From positions 224,102 through 288,101 of the forward strand of contig CAWICS010000009.1 of assembly GCA_963834675.1 (NCBI GenBank): a DNA stretch of 64,000 nucleotides, written 5' to 3'. The translations under genes were made by a program, and so were the position numbers. The notes beneath the pieces were generated by a model that was not told the DNA's origin, ran no database searches, and was given only the letters and a program-made list of their open reading frames with translations. This document shows positions 40,169 through 48,407 of this stretch, piece after piece; position 1 is the stretch's first letter; each line of letters opens with the position of its first letter. This DNA comes from an uncultured Solirubrobacterales bacterium. GTDB taxonomy: Bacteria > Actinomycetota > Thermoleophilia > Solirubrobacterales > Solirubrobacteraceae.

Positions 40169-40911
40169 GCGATCCACGGCTTCCCGATTCACCGGGCGTC
40201 GCCCGCCGCCTCGCCTCGCTCGCCGATAAGCCGCTCAACTTCGATCCGGCTGCGCTCCGCGACGCCTCCGCGGCCAGCGGGTGGGCGGTCACCGATCTGC
40301 GCCAGCGCCTCCCGGACGAGGCGCCGGGACGACCTGTCGACGGCGGTAGTTGGCAGATCGCCCGTCGGCTGATGCGGGGCTACGAGTTCGCGGACCCGTC
40401 GATCGTCCGCGCCTACTACGACCCGGAGATTCCCCTCGAGCGCCGGGACATGCTGCTGAAGCTCCAGGCGCTCGGCCTCGTCCACCTGTTCGCCGGCGTC
40501 CGGGTGGGCGACGTGTACGAAGATGCCCGCCAACTCGACGGACGGCGCGCGCACGTCTGGGGGTGGAACTACCGGACACTCGCCGGACATGTCGAGATGG
40601 GCCAAATGGACTGGCAGGTATGGAAATGGGTCGAGGACGGCCGGGTCGAGTTCCGCGTCCACGCCGTCTCCCGGCCGGCCCCGATTCCGAACCCGATCGT
40701 TCGGATTGGCTTCCACCTGCTGCGTGGCCGTGAGCGACGGGCATTCCTCGAAAGCACCCAGGAGAGGATGCGGACCTTCACCGAGCTCGCCCTGGAGCGC
40801 GAAGGTGCGGAGGGGCGGGTGCGCGAGGCCGCCGCGGAGCTGACGGCCCGGCCGGGACGCGCCGACGATCCGGCCCACGATGCGATAGCAAGCAACATCC
40901 GACCCGCGTGA
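40165..40911 (+). CDS. DUF1990-like protein
   Basis: WGWNYRTLAGHVEMGQMDW and VEFRVHAVSR; GTGA overlap with the upstream gene. Confidence 0.72.
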   Translation: MSDPRLPDSPGVARRLASLADKPLNFDPAALRDASAASGWAVTDLRQRLPDEAPGRPVDGGSWQIARRLMRGYEFADPSIVRAYYDPEIPLERRDMLLKLQALGLVHLFAGVRVGDVYEDARQLDGRRAHVWGWNYRTLAGHVEMGQMDWQVWKWVEDGRVEFRVHAVSRPAPIPNPIVRIGFHLLRGRERRAFLESTQERMRTFTELALEREGAEGRVREAAAELTARPGRADDPAHDAIASNIRPA

Positions 40912-40923
40912 GGTGACCGGCCG

Positions 40924-41205
40924 ATGCCCCGCTCGTTTCCGATCTTCCAGTTTCCCAACCGACCGCTGATCGCCACCATCGTTGCGGCTGTGATCGCCCG
41001 TGGCACGCACGGCCGGACGACGGTGCTGGCGATGCTCGTGTCCAGGCTCGCGCTCCTCGTGTGGGCAGCCAAGGAGATCTTCGACGGCGCCAACTGGTTC
41101 CGCCGGCTGCTCGGAATGGGCGGGGCGGCCCTCGGGATCGCGGGGCTGGCGCGCAGCCGCGGCGCAGTAGTCGAACTCTTCACGCCCGAGCCGCCAAGCT
41201 CCTAG
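40924..41205 (+). CDS. Small membrane protein
   Basis: QFPNRPLI..WAAKEIFDGANWFRRLLG; three hydrophobic segments; same operon. Confidence 0.7.
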   Translation: MPRSFPIFQFPNRPLIATIVAAVIARGTHGRTTVLAMLVSRLALLVWAAKEIFDGANWFRRLLGMGGAALGIAGLARSRGAVVELFTPEPPSS

Positions 41206-41267
41206 GCCCGCCGGCTCGGGTAGCCTCCGGACGACGTAAACGAACATATGCATTTGGGAGTTCCGCA

Positions 41268-41733
41268 TTGGCTTACAGCGTCGATTTCAACACTGTCTCC
41301 ACCGTCGGCCTCGAGTCCTCGCCGGTCGCGGATGCGCTCGCTGGCCTACGGGCAAACGAGGCTCGCTACTTCAAGAACAAGTACGACCACGAGTTCACGG
41401 TGGAGCCCGCGAGCGAGGCTAAGTCGACCATCGAGTGGGTGCACCGGATCCTCGAGGAGGAGCGCGAGATCGTTATCTCGTCTCGCCCGCTCGAGGCTAC
41501 GGCCTTCCAGGTCGAGAACATCCGAATGGCCTACGTCTTCTACGAGAGCGGCCTGTCGATCAACGTGATGTACACCCTGGACGATGCCGGCAAGCGGGCG
41601 GTCGGGTTCAAGCTCTCCGACGGGATGGAAGTGCCCGGAGGAGCTCGCCTCGCGGTTCAAGTTCGCGAGGCAGAAATCAAGGCTGGCCGGAACCATCCGC
41701 GGTTCGTACTTCAACATCAAGAACGAATACTGA
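41268..41733 (+). pseudogene. Conserved approx. 154-aa protein (family I recall being labelled 'phage tail protein'), +1 frameshift
   Basis: GGGAG RBS then TTG: MAYSVDFNTVSTVGLESSPV..KLSDGMEV. Removing one C at 41634-41636 gives PEELASRFKFARQKSRLAGTIRGSYFNIKNEY*. Confidence 0.7.
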
Positions 41734-41766
41734 GCGCGGAACGGCACCACGAGGCCGGCGCCGAGA

Positions 41767-42744
41767 GTGTCGATGGACCTGCGGACCGTGGACTACCACA
41801 CGGCCGGTGAGCCATTCCGGATCGTCCTGAGTGACGTAGGGGAGATCACGGGCGCCAACGTGCGAGAGCGGCGCGAGGTGGCGGCGGCGACCGAACGCAT
41901 CGAGCGAATCCGCCGGCTGTTGTGTCACGAGCCACGGGGGCACGCCGACATGTACGGTTGCTTCATCGTCCCGCCCGACGACGAGGGCGCGGACTTCGGC
42001 GCACTGTTCTGGCACAAGGACGGTTACTCGACGGCGTGCGGGCACGGAACGATCGCGCTCGGCGCGTGGGCGGTGGAATCCGGGCGTGTCGTAGCCACCC
42101 GCGATGGGGAGGTCGCGATCGTGATCGACGTTCCATCGGGACGGGTCACCGCGCGTGTGCGCTGCGCAGCCGGGAGGATCGAGGGAGTCGCGTTCGTCAA
42201 CGTCCCGGCCAGCGTGACCGCTCGCGGCGTCGATGCCGGCGGGGTTGAGGTCGACGTCGCGTGGGGCGGCGCGTTCTACGCCTTCGTGTCCGCCGCGGCA
42301 TTCGGGCTGCGCGTGACCCCCGAGGATCTACCCGCGCTGATCGGGGCCGGGCGCTCGGTCAAATCCGCCCTGGACGGTGCGCCTGTCTCTCGCCACCCGC
42401 ACGACGATCGGCTGTCCGGTATCTACGGCACGGTCCTCACCCAGCGCATCGGTCCACGCCACCACCGCAACGTGGCGATCTTCGCCGACGGCGAGGTCGA
42501 CCGCTCGCCGACCGGGTCTGCGACGTCGGCGCGCACTGCCCTGCTGCTGGCCGATGGCGAGATCGGCATCGGCGACACCTGGCGTAACGACTCGATCGCG
42601 GGGACGACCTTCACGGCCCGTCCCATCGGGGATGTCGCCGAGGGGGTGCTCACCGAGGTTTCCGGAACGGCGTTCCGCACCGGCGAGCACCGATTCGTGC
42701 TTGACCCTCGCGACCCGCTGGGCACCGGGTTCGTCCTACGGTGA
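41767..42744 (+). CDS. Proline racemase family, Cys/Thr type (trans-3-hydroxy-L-proline dehydratase-like)
   Basis: HTAGEPFR, EPRGHADMYG, STACGHG and DRSPTGSAT (Thr where racemases have DRSPCG). Confidence 0.85.
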   Translation: MSMDLRTVDYHTAGEPFRIVLSDVGEITGANVRERREVAAATERIERIRRLLCHEPRGHADMYGCFIVPPDDEGADFGALFWHKDGYSTACGHGTIALGAWAVESGRVVATRDGEVAIVIDVPSGRVTARVRCAAGRIEGVAFVNVPASVTARGVDAGGVEVDVAWGGAFYAFVSAAAFGLRVTPEDLPALIGAGRSVKSALDGAPVSRHPHDDRLSGIYGTVLTQRIGPRHHRNVAIFADGEVDRSPTGSATSARTALLLADGEIGIGDTWRNDSIAGTTFTARPIGDVAEGVLTEVSGTAFRTGEHRFVLDPRDPLGTGFVLR

Positions 42745-42758
42745 GCGATCTTCGCGCC

Positions 42759-43112
42759 TCATGACAGAAGCGGACGGGGGTCAAAGGTCACACGGATCCG
42801 GGTGATGCGGCCCGCCTCGATGTGACTCCAGTTGACTATCGCGAGAGGCCCTGCAGTCCGGGTACGGAGCTCAAACCAGGTGATGACCTCCGGACCGTCG
42901 ACCCACCGGTGAAGCACCTCGACGCGCTCGGTCATGGCAAACATGCGGCCAAGACCCGCGATCGTTTCCTCGACACCCCGCGTGGAGCCAAGCGCACCGT
43001 CGAAGGTCACGTCGCCATGTACCAAAGGTCGTACACGCTCGATGTCGTTGCTCGTCCAGGCATCGAAGTAGGCGGCCGCGACGCTGGCCGGAGAATCAGC
43101 TGAGCGAGTCAT
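42759..43112 (-). CDS. SnoaL/NTF2-like protein
   Basis: AAAYFDAWTSNDIE, VITWFEL and GRITRIRVTFDPRP. Confidence 0.82.
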   Translation of the reverse strand: MTRSADSPASVAAAYFDAWTSNDIERVRPLVHGDVTFDGALGSTRGVEETIAGLGRMFAMTERVEVLHRWVDGPEVITWFELRTRTAGPLAIVNWSHIEAGRITRIRVTFDPRPLLS

Positions 43113-43144
43113 ATCGGGATCTTGACAGTCCTCGGCGCGCAGAC

Positions 43145-43219
43145 ATGCTGGAACTGATCTTGTTTTGCCACGATGATGGAGCGGGCCTGTATCGAAGGCT
43201 CGGCTTCGTCGAGCTAGGG
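43145..43219 (+). pseudogene. GNAT acetyltransferase C-terminal remnant
   Basis: MLELILFCHDDGAGLYRRLGFVELG matches the GNAT C-terminal LY..LGF motif; the N-terminal part is missing. Confidence 0.45.
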
Positions 43220-43292
43220 CCGGCAAGGTCATCGTTCACAGCCTCCCGTTTTAGCCCGCGCCACCAAGCGACCCGTCCTGTCCGAGAGCGCG

Positions 43293-44150
43293 CTACGTCT
43301 CAACGGGTCTGGACATCGGTGGCGGCGTAAGCGCCGCCGCGACGATCACCAATCCGAACGCCAGCACCCGCACGACCAGCGCCGCTTGCCCCGCGGGCAG
43401 GGGCTCGCCGAACACGATCGGTCCGGCGGCGATCGTGGTCAGGTTCGCGGCGGCACTGGTGAGCGCAATCATCGGTACCGCGTCGCCGAGTTGGAGGCTG
43501 CGAGCCGAGATCAAGAGCCCCACCATCGAGGCGAGGAAGATGACCGCCGCCAGCGGGTGGACGAGCACGCCGGCGCCGAGCGCGTGGAGGTGCCCGCTGA
43601 GGGCCTTGATCGACGTGTCGGAGGCGGCCCACTCGAGCCCAGCCGCCATCGCCAGAGCGCTCGCCCGGCGCGAGAGCAGGGCCGTCACGAGCAGTCCGCC
43701 GCCGGCGGTCGCGAGCAGGAAGACGGTGAGGGTGCGCGCCGCGTAATGAGAGTGGGCGCTGCTGGCGTCCCCGTGAAGCGTGGCTGCCAGCGCGGCGAGC
43801 CCGGCCGCGGTCAGCGTCACGCCGATCCACTCCCGGCGCGTGACCTCGATCCCGAACAGCTGGTTTGCCGTCACCGTGAGCAGCACCAGGCCTCCGGCCA
43901 CGGTCGCCTGGGCGAGCGAGATCGGCGCCAGCGCAAGCGCGCCGACGTGCACCAGCCACGAGCTCAAACCGATGGCGATTCCGAGCAAATAGACCCGGCT
44001 GCGGAACAGCAGGATCGTGCTACGAATCGGCCTGCGCAACTCGACCTCCGGCGCGCCCCGCGCTCCCCGGAACTTGTACAGGAAGCCAGCTACCGACCCG
44101 AATGCGGTCAGCAAAGCGAGCAGCAGCCCGAAAGCGACGGACGCGGACAT
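43293..44150 (-). CDS. DMT-superfamily-like membrane protein
   Basis: About 9-10 TMs; HVGALALAPISLAQ and GPIVFGE. Confidence 0.75.
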   Translation of the reverse strand: MSASVAFGLLLALLTAFGSVAGFLYKFRGARGAPEVELRRPIRSTILLFRSRVYLLGIAIGLSSWLVHVGALALAPISLAQATVAGGLVLLTVTANQLFGIEVTRREWIGVTLTAAGLAALAATLHGDASSAHSHYAARTLTVFLLATAGGGLLVTALLSRRASALAMAAGLEWAASDTSIKALSGHLHALGAGVLVHPLAAVIFLASMVGLLISARSLQLGDAVPMIALTSAAANLTTIAAGPIVFGEPLPAGQAALVVRVLAFGLVIVAAALTPPPMSRPVET

Positions 44151-44231
44151 ACCACCTTCCAGCCTATCGGCCGAAGTGTCGGGCTCACACCGGCGGAGCA
44201 CGAAGCGGCCGGGTCAGCGATGATTGTCTGC

Positions 44232-44870
44232 GTGACCGAGAAGCCGACCGCCCGAAGCGTCAAGATCTCCGCCGACGAGCGCACCGGCTGGTCATCGGAG
44301 CGCCCACGCGCAGGCGGCGGACCAGCGCGCCCGGTCGACGTGTCAGTCCGGTGCCGTGTCCTGGCTCCGTCGCATCGGCTGCGTTACTCGCCCGGGAGCC
44401 TTCTCATCATCGTCGGCCCCGAGGCGTCGGAGCCCGCACGGTTCGCCGAGCGAGTCATCGAGGAGCGCGGGGCGACGCTCGCGCCGAGTCGGGTGCGAGC
44501 ATTGCTAGCCGGTCGAGTCGCAGAGGGCGAGATCGAAGAACGTACCAGCGACCTGCTCGCCACCACCGTTCTGAAGCGGCTGCAGTCTGAGCAGAGCGTC
44601 GTTTTGCCGCTCGAGGGTTTCGATCGTTCAGAGCGCGAGCGCTACGTGCGCCTCGCGCATGGCCTTCGGCGCCCGCGACACCTGATCCTGCTGGAAACCT
44701 CGCGCGAAAAGGTACGCGACGACGAGCGGCCGGCACTCGACGAGCTCCGGCGGTCTCTCGACGCCGGGGAACTCGGACTCGAGGGCTTCCAGACCGCGCT
44801 TCGTCTCGGCGGCAAGGCACTCGCCGAGCTCAAGCGAATCGTCTTTCAGCCCCTCCCCCGCGACGACTGA
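44232..44870 (+). CDS. P-loop kinase-like (AAA_33/PNK-like) protein with degenerate Walker A
   Basis: YSPGSLLIIVGPEASEPARFAE sits where GPSGSGKSTFA is expected; the rest follows the PNK kinase-domain pattern. Confidence 0.6.
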   Translation: MTEKPTARSVKISADERTGWSSERPRAGGGPARPVDVSVRCRVLAPSHRLRYSPGSLLIIVGPEASEPARFAERVIEERGATLAPSRVRALLAGRVAEGEIEERTSDLLATTVLKRLQSEQSVVLPLEGFDRSERERYVRLAHGLRRPRHLILLETSREKVRDDERPALDELRRSLDAGELGLEGFQTALRLGGKALAELKRIVFQPLPRDD

Positions 44871-44915
44871 TCTTCGCCGGCTGTTGGGCCCCCGTCGGCC
44901 TGCCACGCTTTCCGT

Positions 44916-45155
44916 GTGGAGCAATCGGTCGAAATCGACGGCGACATGATCCGCCTTGGCCAGCTACTGAAGCTTGCCGGTGCTGCCTCGGGCGGAGCGG
45001 ATGCCAAGGCCCTAATCGCCGGCGGTCAGGTAATCGTCAACGGTGAGCCCGAGCTGAGACGCGGCCGACAGCTCCATCCCGGCGACGTCGTGCGCGTCGG
45101 CGAGGACTATCTGCGCATCGTCGCCGCCCCAGCGCGTATCCGGGACACGGACTGA
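44916..45155 (+). CDS. S4 RNA-binding protein (YbcJ/YaaA-like)
   Basis: MIRLGQLLKLAG..GGADAK..VNGEPELRRGRQLHPGDVV. Confidence 0.92.
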   Translation: MEQSVEIDGDMIRLGQLLKLAGAASGGADAKALIAGGQVIVNGEPELRRGRQLHPGDVVRVGEDYLRIVAAPARIRDTD

Positions 45156-45228
45156 TCCTGGCGGCGGGTTGTATATGCTCCTTGCGGGGCCGGCTCGCGA
45201 ACACGATATGGGGGTAGGGGTGTGACTG

Positions 45229-45370
45229 ATGCGCAGCCGCTTGCGTCGAGACGTCACGGCGGCGCTGAAAGCCCGAGATGAACTCGCCGTGGCTGCGCTC
45301 AGATCAGCCATAGCCGCGATCGACAACGCTGAAGCGGTCCACGACGCTCAAGCAGCCCCACGCGACAGCC
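45229..45370 (+). pseudogene. YqeY/GatB-like N-terminal fragment
   Basis: MRSRLRRDVTAALKARDELAVAALRSAIAAIDNAEAV; the similarity ends at about 45370 and the ORF runs into the antisense of the next gene. Confidence 0.55.
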
Positions 45371-45473
45371 GATCAGTAAGAGAACCTCGGGCGTCAGGCT
45401 CAGGGCACAAGATTGCGCAGCGAGGCCGCGATCTTGGCTGGATACCTGCCGGACTAGCTCGTTTCGCGGGGCT

Positions 45474-46736
45474 TCAGGTCGTCGGGTTGGCCGTCGCCAG
45501 CCGAGAACGCACGCGCACGATGGGTGCGTTCGGGTCATGCGGCTGAGGAATCGCCGCGAGAGCAAACTCCGCGATCGCGCCCGGGCGAAAGACAAGGCAG
45601 TGAGTCGAGCCGCCGAATTGGAAGTAACCCAGCTCCTCGCCCTTTTCGACGTGATAGCCGGGTGTCACTTTGGAGTCGATCACGCACGAGGAGACCTCCG
45701 ACATGCCGACCGGCACGAAGGCCATCAACCCTATGACCGGATCGTCGGCCTCGATCACGATAATCGCCCGGGCCGCAACGTGGGCGAGGTAGGACTGCGA
45801 GTTCATCGGCTCGGTCGCGTCCTTGCCTTCTGAGTCCGCCTCGGAGTAGTAGGTGCCCGGCTGGACGAACGCTCGGACGATCGTGCCCGCCACCGGGCTG
45901 TGCCAACGGTGATAGTTGGTCGCACTCAGAAACGCCTGGTACACCGTGCCGCCGGCGAAATGGTCAACCGAATCATCATTGGCGAGCATGTCCGCCAACG
46001 AATATGGCTGACTCTTGATCCAGAAGCGATCCTGCCGCTGGACGTCGGTGCTGATGCCGTAGGGCAGCGACTCGCAGGCGCTCACGATCACCTTGTCATC
46101 GTCCGGGGAGTCCACGGGACGGGCTCCCTCCTTGAAGTGACGCGTGAAGAAATCGTTCCAAGAGGCGAAGCCCCAGTGCTCGTCCTCCGGGTCGTACTCG
46201 AACTGCTCGATGCCCACCGCGCGCTGAGCCTCAGCGGACTTCCAGCCCGACTCCGAGTCGTTGAGGACATAGAGCGAATCGCTGCTGCTGAGAAACTCAC
46301 ACCACACGGTGAGGATCTTTTTGAGCATCGCGTTGATCCGCCGGTCTCGATAGGCCGCGAAGCCGGCCGGTGTTCCCATCGTCCAGTCGAGGATCGCGCC
46401 CAGGGGCGTCGCCACCATCGCCGAGCCGAACTCGGGCGCCATCGTCAGCACCTCGTTGATCAGGCGCAACAACTCATCGACGCTCTCCACATGCCGCTTG
46501 CGATACGGCTTGGCGCTCGGCACCTGGGCGATCATCTGGTTGACGTACATCCGCACCACCGGGTCGGTGTCGATCAGCTCCTGAAACTCGCTGATGACGG
46601 GGTGAAGCTCGATCTGCTGGCCACGGTCAGCCACGCGCTGAGAATGGCCCTCGAGCCAGGCTTCCAAGTCGTCATGGTCTTCCGGCAGCCATCCGGCCTG
46701 GCGCCGGGCGTCTACCGGGTGGGGGAGACTAGTCAC
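45474..46736 (-). CDS. Phosphatidylserine decarboxylase-like proenzyme with PSDC domain (PsiD-like clade)
   Basis: FASWNDFFTR, VIVSACES, FWIKSQPYSL, YQAFLSATNYHRWHSPV and YFQFGGSTH (pyruvoyl-forming GGS). Confidence 0.85.
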   Translation of the reverse strand: MTSLPHPVDARRQAGWLPEDHDDLEAWLEGHSQRVADRGQQIELHPVISEFQELIDTDPVVRMYVNQMIAQVPSAKPYRKRHVESVDELLRLINEVLTMAPEFGSAMVATPLGAILDWTMGTPAGFAAYRDRRINAMLKKILTVWCEFLSSSDSLYVLNDSESGWKSAEAQRAVGIEQFEYDPEDEHWGFASWNDFFTRHFKEGARPVDSPDDDKVIVSACESLPYGISTDVQRQDRFWIKSQPYSLADMLANDDSVDHFAGGTVYQAFLSATNYHRWHSPVAGTIVRAFVQPGTYYSEADSEGKDATEPMNSQSYLAHVAARAIIVIEADDPVIGLMAFVPVGMSEVSSCVIDSKVTPGYHVEKGEELGYFQFGGSTHCLVFRPGAIAEFALAAIPQPHDPNAPIVRVRSRLATANPTT

Positions 46737-46782
46737 GCCACGACACGTACCCGTGACGGACCGTGTCAACGCACCAGCCGGG

Positions 46783-46817
46783 CTGCCCGCGCACGGATTT
46801 CGTTCGCACGCGGGCAG
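46783..46817 (-). terminator. Possible stem-loop terminator after the Rpf-like gene
   Basis: 9-bp arms CTGCCCGCG/CGCGGGCAG, 14 nt past the stop at 46831; no U-tract. Confidence 0.35.
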
Positions 46818-46830
46818 TGATCGGAAATGG

Positions 46831-47340
46831 TTAGCCGCCGCAGCCGACCGAGGCGCCTGCGCCCTGGTGCTCATAGATCGTCTGCGCGCACGCGTCCTGT
46901 TCGGATGAGGTCCCGAGGTTGCAGCCGTAGTTGGCCGCCGTCGACGGCGTGATCTGATAGCGGCCGGTTGCCCCCGAGGAGCCGTTCGTGTTGTCCGAGC
47001 CGGTCGAGTAATTCGTCCCTGACTCTGAGGCGCACGCCGGCAGCCCTCCGGTGCCGGTACCCCCTCCGGTCGAAACCGCCGGGCTCGAGGGGGCCGGGGC
47101 GACCATCCGCTCGAGCCCCGCCAGCGAGGCCACCGTCTGCGTGTCGGTGGCGGCCCGATTGGCCGCAAACCCGTCCTTGATGATGTTGCGACCCGGGGCA
47201 CGCCGTCCGAGCAGGTGGACGACTTGCCGATACGCGCGTTCATAAGCGTGGGCGTGCGCGGGGGTGGGTGGCTTCGCGTCCGCGGCGGCCGGAGGCGCCG
47301 CGACAACCGCAGCGCTCGCGGGGACTATCAACCATTTCAT
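46831..47340 (-). CDS. Secreted Rpf/lytic transglycosylase-like protein
   Basis: GAGGAGG RBS and signal peptide; C-terminal CASESG..SSGATGRYQITPST..SEQDACAQTIYEHQG resembles the Rpf lysozyme-like core. Confidence 0.72.
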   Translation of the reverse strand: MKWLIVPASAAVVAAPPAAADAKPPTPAHAHAYERAYRQVVHLLGRRAPGRNIIKDGFAANRAATDTQTVASLAGLERMVAPAPSSPAVSTGGGTGTGGLPACASESGTNYSTGSDNTNGSSGATGRYQITPSTAANYGCNLGTSSEQDACAQTIYEHQGAGASVGCGG

Positions 47341-47576
47341 TCCGAGGATCCTCCTCATCGTTTGCGTTCATCGCCCAGCACGGCGTGCGGTTGTCCCGGT
47401 CCCGGGCGCACGCTCTGTGTGGGCGTGGGCACACCCCGTCTTGGGTGTGGTCGTAACGAGCCGACGCGTCGCCAAGGGCGAGACACCGTTTCGGCTCGGG
47501 CGTTCCCATCACCCTAGCGAGGGGTGGCGTCGGACGTTCGTCCGAGCCCGGCCGGGGTGATCCGAGCGGTCGACTC

Positions 47577-48314
47577 TCAGTCTTCCGGAGTCTCGCCGCC
47601 GGATCGGCGGCGCTCGCGCCGGGCTGCTTCGACAAGGCGATCCACCTCACGGTGGCGACGCTCTACGTACGCTTGAAGCTCTTCCTCGGCCTCGGCCCGA
47701 AGGGCTCGGACCTCTTCCGACGCCTCAGCCCGCATCGCGGCCAGGAGCTGCTCGGCCGCCATGCGCGCGCTCTGAAGCTCCTGCTCGCTGCGCTCCCTCG
47801 TCTCCACCATCAACTGCTCCGCCTCAGCCACGGTCTGCTGCGCTGTGTGTTGTGCCTCACGCATCACATCGGCGGCTGCCGCTTGCAGCCGAGCCTCATC
47901 GACGATTTCCGCGGCCTCTTTGGCCGCGGCCGCCCGAATCCCATCGGCTTCCTCGCGCGCTTGGGCCAGCAGCGAGGCGGCATCCTCACGTGCCCGGGCC
48001 AGTAGCTCCTCGGCCTCGGCCCGGTCAGCCTCGGCTCGCAATCGCGCACCTTCCAGCGTGGCCTCGGCCTCCAGGCGGCTGCTCTCGACAGATCTCGCCG
48101 CCTCCGCCTCCCGGGCGGCCGCCGCGCGTTCACGAGCCGCCGACTGCTCGCCGAGTTCGCGGGTCTTCGCGGCCGCGCTACTGGTGCGAAACCACTCGCT
48201 GACCAACTCGAGATGACGGTCGACCTCAGCCGGGTCATAGCCCTTGCGGACACGCCGGAAGTGCCGCTGGATCACGTACGCCGCGCGAGTCTCGCCTTCT
48301 CCGCTCGGAGGCAT
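47577..48314 (-). CDS. DivIVA domain coiled-coil protein
   Basis: IQRHFRRVRKGYDPAEVDRHLELV N-terminal motif followed by a long Ala/Glu coiled coil. Confidence 0.8.
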   Translation of the reverse strand: MPPSGEGETRAAYVIQRHFRRVRKGYDPAEVDRHLELVSEWFRTSSAAAKTRELGEQSAARERAAAAREAEAARSVESSRLEAEATLEGARLRAEADRAEAEELLARAREDAASLLAQAREEADGIRAAAAKEAAEIVDEARLQAAAADVMREAQHTAQQTVAEAEQLMVETRERSEQELQSARMAAEQLLAAMRAEASEEVRALRAEAEEELQAYVERRHREVDRLVEAARRERRRSGGETPED

Positions 48315-48407
48315 AGCCTGCCGTTCGCTACCGGGTTCCTGACTCCTTCGCGATGCGTGTCATACAGGACGCGAGAGCACGCTTGATCGGCCGACCCCCA
48401 CGGAGAG

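Noticed and set aside
37990-41236. 12-bp inverted repeat CGTCGTCCGGAG / CTCCGGACGACG flanking about 3.2 kb, as possible element ends
   Set aside because: No transposase or target-site duplication, and matches this short are expected by chance at about 70% GC.
41268-41733. Prophage
   Set aside because: No integrase, terminase, capsid, portal or lysis genes in the window.
47341-47576. Assignment to a known riboswitch (c-di-AMP, fluoride, ZTP, c-di-GMP)
   Set aside because: Only fragmentary resemblance (e.g. GGUGAUGG..CGCC); the conserved cores are missing. Kept as an unclassified candidate.
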